Below are positions 9,905-19,111 of a DNA stretch of 64,000 nt, piece by piece (position 1 is the stretch's first letter; each line of letters opens with the position of its first letter). Position numbers and translations under genes: made by a program. The notes beneath the pieces were generated by a model that searched no databases, was not told the origin of the DNA, and was given only the letters and a program-made list of their open reading frames with translations. The stretch is taken from the NCBI GenBank assembly GCA_965662895.1, contig CBFIJH010000001.1, positions 157,994 to 221,993 of the forward strand, given 5' to 3'. Source of the DNA: Candidatus Poseidoniaceae archaeon. GTDB lineage: Archaea > Thermoplasmatota > Poseidoniia > Poseidoniales > Poseidoniaceae.

Positions 9905-10630
9905 TTCTTCAATTTTCAACCTCTTTACATCGTCTTGTAGGTCAAGAATTGTGAAGCCGTTGTCGCCTCCATAAAGAGCCCATGTTGCAAATCCTTGCTC
10001 GCTAAATTTGGTTTCTGAGCGGATTCGGTAAGGATTTACCGAACCTGTTACATCTGTACCTGACTTTGAAATCAATAGAAGCGAGGTATCGGAATTTATC
10101 CGTTGTGCTAGATCGAAGACTGCATCAAGATGCTCCTTCTCAATGCGTCCGGTTGGTGAACACCAATCATCGAGAATAACCAAACCAACCCGGGGTAGAC
10201 TTTGCTCTGCTTCTACAATAGCATCAACGCATCGATCCATTGCACCGATGAGATTCAATGCGTGAAATCGACTGGATTGAACGATGTTTAACGAGGAAAA
10301 GAGCTGCGAAAACCTCGTGGCGTTGGGCATTTCTGGAGATGCCCACAACACACGTCCACCAGATTGTATTTCATCGACTGCAGATTGCAAACCAAATGTT
10401 GTACCTCCACAGCCACCTGCAACGGAAAGGTGAACCCTCTTTCCTTCGAGATCCAGTGAGAAACGCTCCGACATGGTTATGCCTAGGAGTCCTACAATTT
10501 GATTGCGTTTATGCAAAATGCTCATGACCTCTCCCCCACTCCAATGGCCATGAGCGGCGATACCCGAAAAGGGGAGCGTATCCCACGAAGAGATCCGCCA
10601 CCTTACGAAGAAGCAGATGGATTCGGCCAA
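9884..10630 (-). CDS. RecA/KaiC-fold ATPase-like protein with a degenerate P-loop.
   Basis: A Walker-A-like segment reads SVAGGCGGTTFG, where the Lys/Thr of GxxxxGK[ST] is replaced. A Walker-B-like segment reads GLVILDDW. The start is probably an internal Met (MSILHK.. or MSERF..). Confidence 0.4.
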   Translation of the reverse strand: MAESICFFVRWRISSWDTLPFSGIAAHGHWSGGEVMSILHKRNQIVGLLGITMSERFSLDLEGKRVHLSVAGGCGGTTFGLQSAVDEIQSGGRVLWASPEMPNATRFSQLFSSLNIVQSSRFHALNLIGAMDRCVDAIVEAEQSLPRVGLVILDDWCSPTGRIEKEHLDAVFDLAQRINSDTSLLLISKSGTDVTGSVNPYRIRSETKFSEQGFATWALYGGDNGFTILDLQDDVKRLKIEESGFILV

Positions 10631-10844
10631 GCAGTGGCCCGAGACGGCTTCTTCAAGACGGCAATCAATGACACCAATCAGTACGGTCCGATTGGCATGA
10701 TGATTCTGCTCTTCATTGTCGCCACCATTACGGGTGCTGCCATCAAGTTGTTGGAATCTCTTTGATGGAACTGTACCTTGTGCTTGAAAATCACCCTCGG
10801 TTTCAATTTGCGAGCGATATCTTCAAACCATTTTTGGCAAAGTC

Positions 10845-11315
10845 TTGCCTATGAGTGAAGGCTCGGTCAATGTCGAGAGTCGTACATCATCTCAAGACAA
10901 GCGCTGGACGATTATGGCAGCACTGCTTGGAACAAACACTGCAATCATGTTGTTTCAGGGTATCGAACAAGAAGCAAACCCGACACCGATACGAGAACTT
11001 GCATTAACCATCATTGCGGCGACACTGCCCTTTCAGGCAATTTACTTTCTCATCTATACCTTTCTTCTCGAAAACAACGGTTTGCTCAGTTTCCACATGG
11101 AGAAGAAGTTGAAAACTGCATCCAATGTTTGTCAATTGTTTGCTTACTTGTCGTTGATCGGAGTTGCAATGTTGTGGTACAATCTTTCGATTTATGTTGG
11201 TGTTGTCTTCTTTACATCGACTATATTTGCAATGATTCTTGTTCGATATGCCATGATGACAGACGAAGAATCCCGTGATGAGATGAGGGCGAATGCCAGT
11301 GAGCAAGGTTCATGA
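10845..11315 (+). CDS. Integral membrane protein of unknown function (about 4 TM helices).
   Basis: Hydrophobic helices TIMAALLGTNTAIMLF, LTIIAATLPFQAIYFLIYTFLL, LFAYLSLIGVAMLWY and VGVVFFTSTIFAMILV. Confidence 0.4.
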   Translation: MPMSEGSVNVESRTSSQDKRWTIMAALLGTNTAIMLFQGIEQEANPTPIRELALTIIAATLPFQAIYFLIYTFLLENNGLLSFHMEKKLKTASNVCQLFAYLSLIGVAMLWYNLSIYVGVVFFTSTIFAMILVRYAMMTDEESRDEMRANASEQGS

Positions 11316-11337
11316 AGCCTCTTCTTGACCAGATAAT

Positions 11338-12696
11338 ATGGCCTTCTGCCCACTGGATTACCGATACGGCTGTCAAGATTTCAAGCGAATATGGTCCGAA
11401 GTCGGCCGCCATGAGCGTCAATTGGAAGTCGAGCGTGCCCTCATATGGGCGCATTGGCAACTCGGAAGGGTCTCAGAAGAAGATTACAATGCCGTGGCAG
11501 CCATCTCAAATCCAGAATCTGTCCGAAAAGAACGGGTCGCTGAAATCGAAGCAGAAACACGACACGACATCATGGCTTTAACAAAAGCGATGGCGGAAGC
11601 GGCCGGTGATGCAGGATGGTGCATCCACCTTGGCGCAACATCCAATGATATCGTCGACACTGCCGTCGCCCTCCAACTTCGGGACAGCATTGTCCTTCTC
11701 AGGGAGCAATTGTGTCTGCTCATCGGTGTGTGCGCAGACGTTGCTGAACGTGAGCGCGATACGGTCATGCTTGGTCGTACACACGGACAGGCGGCTGTAC
11801 CGATTACATTCGGTCTGAAGGCTGCGGTATGGTTGGATGAAATGCGTCGCCAACTCGTCCGGCTCGATGAGGCTACGCCACGAATTGCCGTCGGCAAGTT
11901 CCTCGGAGCAGTTGGAACAGGCGCAGCCCAAGGGGAACATGCACGTGAACTTCAGCGATTGATTCTCACGCATCTTGGACTCGGTGTTCCACTGGCGACA
12001 ACACAAGTTGTCGGACGGGATCGGTATGTTGAGTACGTGTCATGGTTGGCAAACGTAGCAACAACCTGTGAGAAGATTCTTCAAGAGATACGAAATTTGC
12101 AACGCTCAGAACTTGCTGAGGCTGGTGAAGGATTCGATGTCAAAAAACAAGTGGGTTCCTCAACGATGGCTCACAAGAAAAACCCAATCAAATCTGAAAA
12201 CGCTTCTGGCCTCGCTCGAATTGTTCGTTCGTTCATCATTCCAACGTACGAAAATGCTCTGCTTTGGCATGAGCGAGACCTTGCAAACTCGAGCAGTGAA
12301 CGATTCACATTATCGCACGGTAGCGCACTCTGCGAAGATGTGATATCCAAAACTCGACAAGTGTTAACCAACATGTGGGTTGATGCTGAAAGGTGTCTCG
12401 AGAACATTCGTGCACAACGAGGTTTGGTGATGGCCGAGAAGGTTATGATCGATTTGGTCGAGCGAGGAATTCCAAGAGATGAAGCACATGAGATACTCCG
12501 AGAAGCATCTTTTACCGCTGTTGCGAACAAAGAAGAATTGATCGATGTCTGCAGTCGAACGCCTGCTATTTCGGCAGCATTCAGCGCAGAAGAATTGGAA
12601 GCTATGTTTGAACCAAGCAACCACATCGGGGTATCGGGTGAAATCGTTGATGAAGCTGTTGCGCTTGCTCGTGCAGCCATTCAGGCAACGGAATGA
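11338..12696 (+). CDS. purB: Adenylosuccinate lyase.
   Basis: The N-terminal PLDYRYG motif and the fumarate-lyase signature GSSTMAHKKNP; 452 aa. Confidence 0.9.
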   Translation: MAFCPLDYRYGCQDFKRIWSEVGRHERQLEVERALIWAHWQLGRVSEEDYNAVAAISNPESVRKERVAEIEAETRHDIMALTKAMAEAAGDAGWCIHLGATSNDIVDTAVALQLRDSIVLLREQLCLLIGVCADVAERERDTVMLGRTHGQAAVPITFGLKAAVWLDEMRRQLVRLDEATPRIAVGKFLGAVGTGAAQGEHARELQRLILTHLGLGVPLATTQVVGRDRYVEYVSWLANVATTCEKILQEIRNLQRSELAEAGEGFDVKKQVGSSTMAHKKNPIKSENASGLARIVRSFIIPTYENALLWHERDLANSSSERFTLSHGSALCEDVISKTRQVLTNMWVDAERCLENIRAQRGLVMAEKVMIDLVERGIPRDEAHEILREASFTAVANKEELIDVCSRTPAISAAFSAEELEAMFEPSNHIGVSGEIVDEAVALARAAIQATE

Positions 12697-13337
12697 ATGT
12701 GGTACACACCTCGGCTTGCAGTATATTCTTTCTCGCCAGTGACTTGCAAAGAGCGAAACCATATCGGTCCACCCAAAACGAACGTCTCGTACTCGCCTCC
12801 TTCACCGTCAACATTGAAACGATGTTGAATTGAGAGGTTGTGAAGTTCGTCAAGCGTTTCCGGTGTGAGAACCCTGCCCAACCAGGCATGGTCCAAACCA
12901 TCGCAAGAAATTGAGGTGAACATAATCTCAAATCCTGATTCGACCATGCCTCGAAGGTGCTCGATTGGAGTTTGGTGCCACAAGGGCGAGAATGAATGGA
13001 TTCCCAGACGCTCACTCATGCATTCAAGTCGCTGTTTTTGATAATCGGACCGCAAGGCTCCGCTGACGATGGCATCAATGTCGAGTTGTTCAAGTGCGGC
13101 CTCAAGGGTTTGAATTTCATCTTCAACCGTTCCTGAAACCGGGACGTTTATCCAAGGTATGTCGGCAAGTTTAGCTTGTTGTTCAACCCATGTTGTTGTT
13201 GGTACTTGGAACATGTGCGAATCGCCATCCTCTACCACGACAGTTACGATTCCAACAACATCCCAGCCACGACACATCGCCCACCACCATGCAGCAGAGG
13301 AATCTTTTCCCCCAGAACTGAGCACAGCGATTCGCAT
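12681..13337 (-). CDS. PP-loop ATPase of the MJ0570/diphthine--ammonia ligase (Dph6) family.
   Basis: The SGGKDS PP-loop at the N-terminus and the EGGEYETFVL motif; about 218 aa. Confidence 0.7.
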   Translation of the reverse strand: MRIAVLSSGGKDSSAAWWWAMCRGWDVVGIVTVVVEDGDSHMFQVPTTTWVEQQAKLADIPWINVPVSGTVEDEIQTLEAALEQLDIDAIVSGALRSDYQKQRLECMSERLGIHSFSPLWHQTPIEHLRGMVESGFEIMFTSISCDGLDHAWLGRVLTPETLDELHNLSIQHRFNVDGEGGEYETFVLGGPIWFRSLQVTGEKEYTASRGVYHIHSVA

Positions 13338-13438
13338 AGTTTCGCCAAGAACTTCAACTTCATGAGATTAAGGGAAAACAAGCCAAGTGTTCAAATGGGT
13401 CCTTCAATTGGATAGGATAGAGTGGTGAAGCATCACCC

Positions 13439-13446
13439 TCATAAAG
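13439..13446 (+). promoter_or_regulatory. TATA-like box TCATAAAG ending exactly 32 nt upstream of the psmA start codon.
   Basis: An A/T-rich octamer at the position expected for an archaeal TATA box with a short leader. The identical octamer sits at the identical spacing upstream of the actin-like gene (34246-34253). Confidence 0.3.
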
Positions 13447-13477
13447 CGTCGAGGACGAGAAGGAATTGGTGAGATAA

Positions 13478-14200
13478 GTGCAACCGAGTGGAAGAGGATA
13501 CGATCATGGAATTACGACATTTAGCCCAGACGGACGACTATTCCAAGTCGAATATGCTCGAGAATCCGTAAAGCGTGGTACAACAACGGCTGGTTTGAAA
13601 TTCAAAGAAGGCGTCGTTCTTGTCTGTGACAAGCGCATCGCATCCCGATTGATTATTCCTGAATCCATTGAAAAGATGTTCAAAATTGATGAACACGTTG
13701 GCGTGGCAACATCAGGTCTCGTAGCAGACGCCCGACAACTCGTTGCACGTGCCCGAGTCGAATCACAAATCAACCGGATCACCTATGCAGACACTGTGCC
13801 AGTCGATGTATTGGTCAAGAAAATTTGCGACTTCAAGCAATCCTTTACTCAATACGGAGGTTCTCGTCCATTCGGTACAGCACTGTTGATTGGTGGTGTT
13901 GACGATGAAGGCATTCATCTCTATGAGACGGACCCATCAGGAGCATACCAATCCTATCACGCAGGAGCAATCGGTAGCAACCGAAATACAGTTATCGAAT
14001 ACTTCGAAAAGAATTGGAAGGCTGGAATGACCCTGAATGCAGCAATGAAAATGGGACTTGAAGCCCTACGTTCTGCAAATGATGCCGAATTAAATCGCGA
14101 AGCGGTTGAAGTTGTCGTTGTTGATGGCAACGGATATCGAATCCTTGACCGTGGTGAAGTCAACAAGCAACTTGATCGTCTCAAACCTCTTGAAGACTGA
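13478..14200 (+). CDS. psmA: Proteasome subunit alpha.
   Basis: GTG start giving MQPSGRGYDHGITTFSPDGRLFQVEYA, the canonical alpha-subunit N-terminus; 240 aa. Confidence 0.9.
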   Translation: MQPSGRGYDHGITTFSPDGRLFQVEYARESVKRGTTTAGLKFKEGVVLVCDKRIASRLIIPESIEKMFKIDEHVGVATSGLVADARQLVARARVESQINRITYADTVPVDVLVKKICDFKQSFTQYGGSRPFGTALLIGGVDDEGIHLYETDPSGAYQSYHAGAIGSNRNTVIEYFEKNWKAGMTLNAAMKMGLEALRSANDAELNREAVEVVVVDGNGYRILDRGEVNKQLDRLKPLED

Positions 14201-14235
14201 ACAAGTTCTTGTGTACCCTCAAACAAGGTGACCAC

Positions 14236-14928
14236 ATGGTCAGTCTCGATGATGCCGTGCTTGCTCGTCTGGAAAAGGGCGGTAAACGCTACGAAGCGCT
14301 CGTTGATCCAGATCTTGTTGAACAGTGGAAAGAAGATTCTTCCAGCATTGAACTGGATGAGTTCATGGCAATGGATGAAATCTTTCACGATGCACGGGCG
14401 GGTGAACGACCAACTGAAGATGCACTGATGAAAACCTTCCAATCGCTCGATGTTGCGACCATCCTCAACATCATTCTTGATAAAGGGTCAATTCAACTCA
14501 CAACCGCACAAAGAAAAGCACGCGTTGAAAACATTCGGCAACAAATTATTCATCACATTCACAGCCAAGCCATCGACCCGAAGAGTAAGTCTCCACACCC
14601 ACGAACACGCATTGAGTTGGCGCTTGATGAATCGAAGTACTCTGTCGACCCATTCAAGCGACTTGAAGATCAAGTCAAAGATGCAATTGCGAAACTGAAA
14701 CCACTTATCCCTCTTAGTTTCGAATCGGTTCGGCTCGCATTCCGAATTCCAGGAAGTGCCTATGGAAGCGTGAGTCAATTGCTTCGGCCTTACCAAAAGA
14801 AAGAGCAATGGCTTGAGAACGGAGATTGGGCGTGTGTTGTTGAGTTTCCTGCAGGGATGAAAGGCGACATGATCGGTCAAGTTCTCAAACGAGCAAACGA
14901 TGCGGAAGTCAAAGAATTGTCCTCATGA
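14236..14928 (+). CDS. sdo1: Ribosome maturation protein SDO1/SBDS homolog.
   Basis: MVSLDDAVLARLEKGGKRYEALVDP matches the SBDS N-terminal domain. Its position after psmA and before rrp4 is the conserved archaeal superoperon order. Start moved to the internal ATG at 14236. Confidence 0.8.
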   Translation: MVSLDDAVLARLEKGGKRYEALVDPDLVEQWKEDSSSIELDEFMAMDEIFHDARAGERPTEDALMKTFQSLDVATILNIILDKGSIQLTTAQRKARVENIRQQIIHHIHSQAIDPKSKSPHPRTRIELALDESKYSVDPFKRLEDQVKDAIAKLKPLIPLSFESVRLAFRIPGSAYGSVSQLLRPYQKKEQWLENGDWACVVEFPAGMKGDMIGQVLKRANDAEVKELSS

Positions 14929-14952
14929 CAAAAGGGTGCCCTTTATCATGGG

Positions 14953-15669
14953 ATGTCGAGTGGGCGGAATGGAGAGAAAAGAATGTCCAAAGGTCAAGTT
15001 GGCGCCGAGCAGCGCCTCGTGACCCCGGGAATGGTCATCGGACCATCATCCGGGAAGCGAGCAGGTTCTGGTACGATTGCTGAAAACAATGAATTCATTG
15101 CCACCCGATTGGGATGGCTCAATGAACAGAACGATGTCGTTTCTGTTTCGCCAATTAACAGCGCATACATGCCACGTTCAGGTGACCTTATCATCGGATT
15201 TGTGGCTGAAGTTCGCAACAATCTCTGGTTCTTCGATGTCAACGGACCGTTCCAAGCATTGCTTCCAATGTCCCTCGCACCTTGGAAGGTTGAATTTGGT
15301 TCGACCCGACAACACCTCGGAATCGGTGACGCTGCGCTAGCTCGCATTCAGGAAGTTGATGAAACGCACAACATGGTTCTCACCATGAAGGGCGTTGGAC
15401 TTCGACGCCTCAACGAAGGCGCCGTTGTCTCAATTCCAGTCAATTTAATCGATACCATTCGGGGCCAAAACAACACCATGCTTAGCCGAATTCGTGATGC
15501 TACCAATTGTCGCATCATCGTCGGTGACAATGGTCGTGTATGGATTCACGGAGATGCAGCAGACATGCATGTTGCACGACATTTGGTTCAAACTCTCAAC
15601 GAAGAGGGACACAAAAACACATTCGAAGGTGCGGTCGAAGCACTTGAAAACGAACGAGGTGAACACTGA
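14953..15669 (+). CDS. rrp4: Exosome complex RNA-binding subunit Rrp4 (S1 + KH).
   Basis: Conserved position between SBDS and rrp41, with S1 and KH-like segments. The stop overlaps the rrp41 start (ATGA). Confidence 0.8.
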   Translation: MSSGRNGEKRMSKGQVGAEQRLVTPGMVIGPSSGKRAGSGTIAENNEFIATRLGWLNEQNDVVSVSPINSAYMPRSGDLIIGFVAEVRNNLWFFDVNGPFQALLPMSLAPWKVEFGSTRQHLGIGDAALARIQEVDETHNMVLTMKGVGLRRLNEGAVVSIPVNLIDTIRGQNNTMLSRIRDATNCRIIVGDNGRVWIHGDAADMHVARHLVQTLNEEGHKNTFEGAVEALENERGEH

Positions 15670-16397
15670 TGGGTGGATATGGAGACGTAAAATTACTACG
15701 AGAAGATGGAAAACGACTTGATGGTCGAGCAATCGATGAGATGCGACCGGTAACGATTGAAGCAGGGGTCCTCCCTGCTGCTGATGGTTCGGCCATGGTT
15801 ACACATGGACTGAACGTTGCAGTTGCAGCGGTTTATGGACCGATGGAAGCGCACCCTCGAAAGATTCAGCGACAAGATCGTGCTGTCATTGACGTACGTT
15901 ACAATATGGCACCGTTTTCAACCGGCGACCGAATTCGACCAGGATTCAATCGACGAAGCCGTGAAATCTCAAAGGTCACCGCTGAATCACTGGAATCCGT
16001 TGTTCTCGTTGAGCGCTACCCACGTTCAAAGATTCGTGTTGAAATCGAAATCCTCGCTGCAGAGGCAGGAACGCGATGCGCAGGAATCACTGCAGCATCT
16101 GTTGCTCTTGCTGACGCTGGAATTCCTATGCGAGACATGATTGTCGGTGTCGCCTCTGGTAAGATTGAGGACACGGTTGTTCTTGACCTTGACAAGGCAG
16201 AAGACAACTATGGTCAAGCCGACCTACCCGTTGGCATTCTTCCGAACACTGGCGAGATTGCTTTCCTACAAATGGATGGTGACCTTTCCATCGATGAGTA
16301 CAATCTCGCAATGGAGTACAACTACAAAGCAGCCAAAGAAATCCATGAAATCATGGTTGATGCTCTCAAGCGACGATACGAAGGAGGTGAAGCCTGA
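15669..16397 (+). CDS. rrp41: Exosome complex exonuclease Rrp41 (RNase PH-like).
   Basis: LLREDGKRLDGRAIDEMRP, the typical Rrp41 N-terminus, within an RNase PH fold. Confidence 0.9.
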   Translation: MGGYGDVKLLREDGKRLDGRAIDEMRPVTIEAGVLPAADGSAMVTHGLNVAVAAVYGPMEAHPRKIQRQDRAVIDVRYNMAPFSTGDRIRPGFNRRSREISKVTAESLESVVLVERYPRSKIRVEIEILAAEAGTRCAGITAASVALADAGIPMRDMIVGVASGKIEDTVVLDLDKAEDNYGQADLPVGILPNTGEIAFLQMDGDLSIDEYNLAMEYNYKAAKEIHEIMVDALKRRYEGGEA

Positions 16398-17182
16398 TGG
16401 TTGAACTCGTTCCTTCCCTCTTGCGACAAGAGCTTAACCGTCTCGCTGCCGATGGCCAGCGAATTGATGGACGTGGTCAATTCGATGGACGTGAAGTTCA
16501 TCTTGAAGTCGATTGTTTGTACAATGCTGAAGGATCTGCAAAAGTTGTTTGGGGAGACACCATCATTTATGCTGGTGTCAAGTTCGAAATTCGAACTCCG
16601 TGGCCAGACCGACCCACACAAGGTTCACTCATGTGTGGTGCAGAACTTCGTCCTGTCGCTCACCGAAAGTACGAACCAGGCCCACCATCGCCACAATCCA
16701 TCGAACTCGGTCGAGTTGTTGATCGTGGAATCCGTGAATCCGGATGCATCGACATGGAAGAACTGTGCATTGTACCTGGAGAGAAAGTCTGGGGTGTTAT
16801 GATCGACATCCACGTTCTCTCCGATGGAGGCAACATCTTCGATGCAGCGGGGCTCGCAGCCATTGCTGCTCTCCGAACAGCTGTTGTTCCTGCCGAGCGC
16901 TTTGATGTTGGTGAAGACCACGTCTTGAAGGTCAATGGAACACCAATTATGGCATCGTTCAAACGTGCAGGAGGACGCTTTGTTTACGACCCCAGCGAAG
17001 ATGAAGAACTTGGTGGAGACGAGCGAATTCATATCACATTGGGTGATGAAGGTCACCTCCACTCACTACAGAAGGGGCTAAAAGGAGTCTTCACTCCGGA
17101 CGAATTTGCCGAGATTCTAGCGGTCGCCGAACAAAAGTGCAGTGAACTGAGAGAAATGGTGGCAGAAAAGGAGGGGAACTGA
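16397..17182 (+). CDS. rrp42: Exosome complex subunit Rrp42 (inactive RNase PH-like).
   Basis: LRQELNRLAADGQRIDGRGQFDGREV, translationally coupled to rrp41 (ATGA overlap). Confidence 0.85.
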   Translation: MVELVPSLLRQELNRLAADGQRIDGRGQFDGREVHLEVDCLYNAEGSAKVVWGDTIIYAGVKFEIRTPWPDRPTQGSLMCGAELRPVAHRKYEPGPPSPQSIELGRVVDRGIRESGCIDMEELCIVPGEKVWGVMIDIHVLSDGGNIFDAAGLAAIAALRTAVVPAERFDVGEDHVLKVNGTPIMASFKRAGGRFVYDPSEDEELGGDERIHITLGDEGHLHSLQKGLKGVFTPDEFAEILAVAEQKCSELREMVAEKEGN

Positions 17183-17539
17183 TTGGCTAAGCGAACCCAG
17201 AAAGCAAAAGCAACAGCTCGATTTGGAGCACGATACGGTGTAAGCGTACGACGAAACGCCGGTAGTGCACTCGCAAAGAAGAATGCAAAGTACACCTGCC
17301 CTGTATGCCATTACCGTAAAGTTTCACGCCAGTCCGTTGGTATCTGGTCCTGCGGTAAATGTGGGCACACCTTCGCAGGCGGAGCATGGGAACCATTCAC
17401 ACGTGCAAGTGATGCAAACTCTCGAATTCTTCGCCGATCCATCGAAGGTGCAACAACCGCTGATATGGCATTCATTGCGCAACAAGCCGCACTTGATTTC
17501 GAGCGCAAGGCTGCTGAAGATACTTCTGAAGAAGAGTGA
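17183..17539 (+). CDS. rpl37ae: 50S ribosomal protein L37Ae with an acidic C-terminal extension.
   Basis: RFGARYG plus the zinc ribbon CPVCHYRKVSRQSVGIWSCGKCGHTFAGGA. TTG start overlapping the rrp42 stop. The last ~25 residues are an unusual extension. Confidence 0.85.
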   Translation: MAKRTQKAKATARFGARYGVSVRRNAGSALAKKNAKYTCPVCHYRKVSRQSVGIWSCGKCGHTFAGGAWEPFTRASDANSRILRRSIEGATTADMAFIAQQAALDFERKAAEDTSEEE

Positions 17540-17811
17540 TGGCAATGGCGGAGACGCCTTTCACACTTGTCTGTACAATTGGACGAGCGAATGCTTTAGA
17601 CATCCAAGCGATGCGTGATTCCCTCATATCAGAAACGACGAGTGAATTGATTGACGAAAACACATTTGCATTTCGATTGGATGAAGCAAATGCCAAAGAT
17701 TTGCGGGCCATGTGGAACACACGAATACGCGGCCTGATCGCTGCGGATGAAATCTTACAGGCGATTGAATCCGCAGGTTCATCAACCAACGATGATTCGA
17801 GGGAAGCATGA
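17539..17811 (+). CDS. pcc1: KEOPS complex subunit Pcc1-like.
   Basis: The C-terminal EANAKDLRAMWNTRIRGLIAADEIL matches the Pcc1 helix pattern A.D..ALRa..NS.LR.i.AA.dv. No Cys residues, so it is not RpoP. It overlaps the L37Ae stop and the pfdB start. Confidence 0.6.
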   Translation: MAMAETPFTLVCTIGRANALDIQAMRDSLISETTSELIDENTFAFRLDEANAKDLRAMWNTRIRGLIAADEILQAIESAGSSTNDDSREA

Positions 17812-18122
17812 GCACCGTTGAACAACTCCAAGTCGTTGTCTCAGAAGTTCAAAACGCTCGACATCAAGTCGCGACCGTTCGAGCCCAACTTCAAGAACTT
17901 GAAACCACAATTACCGCTGTTGAGAAGCATCCAGAAGGTATGGCTCTGCATCGACAACTTGGTGGAGTATTGGTTGAAGTTGACAAGAAGGATGAGTTGA
18001 TTGAGGAGTTGAAAAAAACACACGCTACACTCTCCGAACATGCGGAGCGACTTTCAGAACATGAAGCAAAATTGGTCGCTGCATACGAAGAACTCAAGAA
18101 ATCGCTTGAGGGAGAAGCTTGA
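17808..18122 (+). CDS. pfdB: Prefoldin subunit beta.
   Basis: A 104-aa coiled-coil protein (QLQELETTITAVEKHPEG...) at the conserved superoperon position. Confidence 0.8.
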   Translation: MSTVEQLQVVVSEVQNARHQVATVRAQLQELETTITAVEKHPEGMALHRQLGGVLVEVDKKDELIEELKKTHATLSEHAERLSEHEAKLVAAYEELKKSLEGEA

Positions 18123-19111
18123 GCGACATTGCAAACGACATCGATTCGATGAAAGAGTGGCTCGATGCTGCCATTGAGCGTGGAGCAGTACCAGTTTTAA
18201 CAGGTCAAAATGGTGACATGGATACGATCGGATCGGCTGTAGCTCTCGCATCGATACACCCCTCCCTTCTTGCCTGTGGGCTTCATTTGGGTCGAATTGC
18301 GAAACGCATGGTTGATGAACTCAAAGCACCCTTTCGAAAACTCTCGGAAATAGGAACCATTTTTCCTGAACAATTGGGCGGCATTATCATTGTTGATGCT
18401 GCTGCACCAGATCAAGTAGGAATTCACTTACCCGAGGTGCCAAAACTTATTCTTGACCATCATGCAACGAACGGTTGGGTTCTCAACGACGGCGATTGTA
18501 TGCTGAACTGGGACGTTCGCGCTACAACAGAAATGGTTGCAACCTACATGTTCAAACATGCTAAAGGCGCATTGAGCGAACCCGTAAGGAAGATGCTGCT
18601 CGCAGGGATGATTACAGATACGGGTCGTTATCGACATGCAAACGCAAGTTCGTTCGAAATTACATCACAACTTCTTAGCGATTCAAACATTGATTATGCA
18701 GAGTTTTGCGAGGACATTGAACGTGAACAGACCTCTCCATCGGAACGTGGTAGCCTCCTGCGGGGATTGAGTAGGACAAAGCATCACGATGCGGGAGCGT
18801 GGAGTCTTGTGACAACATACGCTGGAACGCTCGAAGGGCGTCTCGCATCCTTACTCCTCGGGACCGGTTGTGATGTCTCCTTGGTTTCTCGTCATCGTGA
18901 TGGTGAATCCAGATTGACGGCAAGGGCGACCAGAAAAGCAACATTGAGCGGGGTTCATTTGGGAAAAATCATGCAAGAAATTGCTCATCAACACGGAGGC
19001 GATGGTGGTGGGCATGATGGCGCTGCAGGTTGGTCGGGAAAGGTTGATCGCATCCGTGCAGAGTCAGCATTTATCGCTCAACTTATACTACAAGAAAAGG
19101 TGAAACAATGA
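18119..19111 (+). CDS. DHH-family phosphoesterase (NrnA-like).
   Basis: The DHH motif (LILDHHATN), the DHHA1 motif (GGDGGGHDGAAG) and aspartates IIIVDAAAPD. TTG start overlapping the pfdB stop. Confidence 0.75.
   Translation: MSDIANDIDSMKEWLDAAIERGAVPVLTGQNGDMDTIGSAVALASIHPSLLACGLHLGRIAKRMVDELKAPFRKLSEIGTIFPEQLGGIIIVDAAAPDQVGIHLPEVPKLILDHHATNGWVLNDGDCMLNWDVRATTEMVATYMFKHAKGALSEPVRKMLLAGMITDTGRYRHANASSFEITSQLLSDSNIDYAEFCEDIEREQTSPSERGSLLRGLSRTKHHDAGAWSLVTTYAGTLEGRLASLLLGTGCDVSLVSRHRDGESRLTARATRKATLSGVHLGKIMQEIAHQHGGDGGGHDGAAGWSGKVDRIRAESAFIAQLILQEKVKQ

Noticed and set aside
11484-12680. Minus-strand ORFs of 137-169 aa within purB.
   Set aside because: They are antisense to a high-confidence adenylosuccinate lyase gene and are Ala/Ser/Arg-rich shadow frames.
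16625-17062. A 145-aa minus-strand ORF inside rrp42.
   Set aside because: It is antisense to a conserved exosome gene with translationally coupled neighbours.
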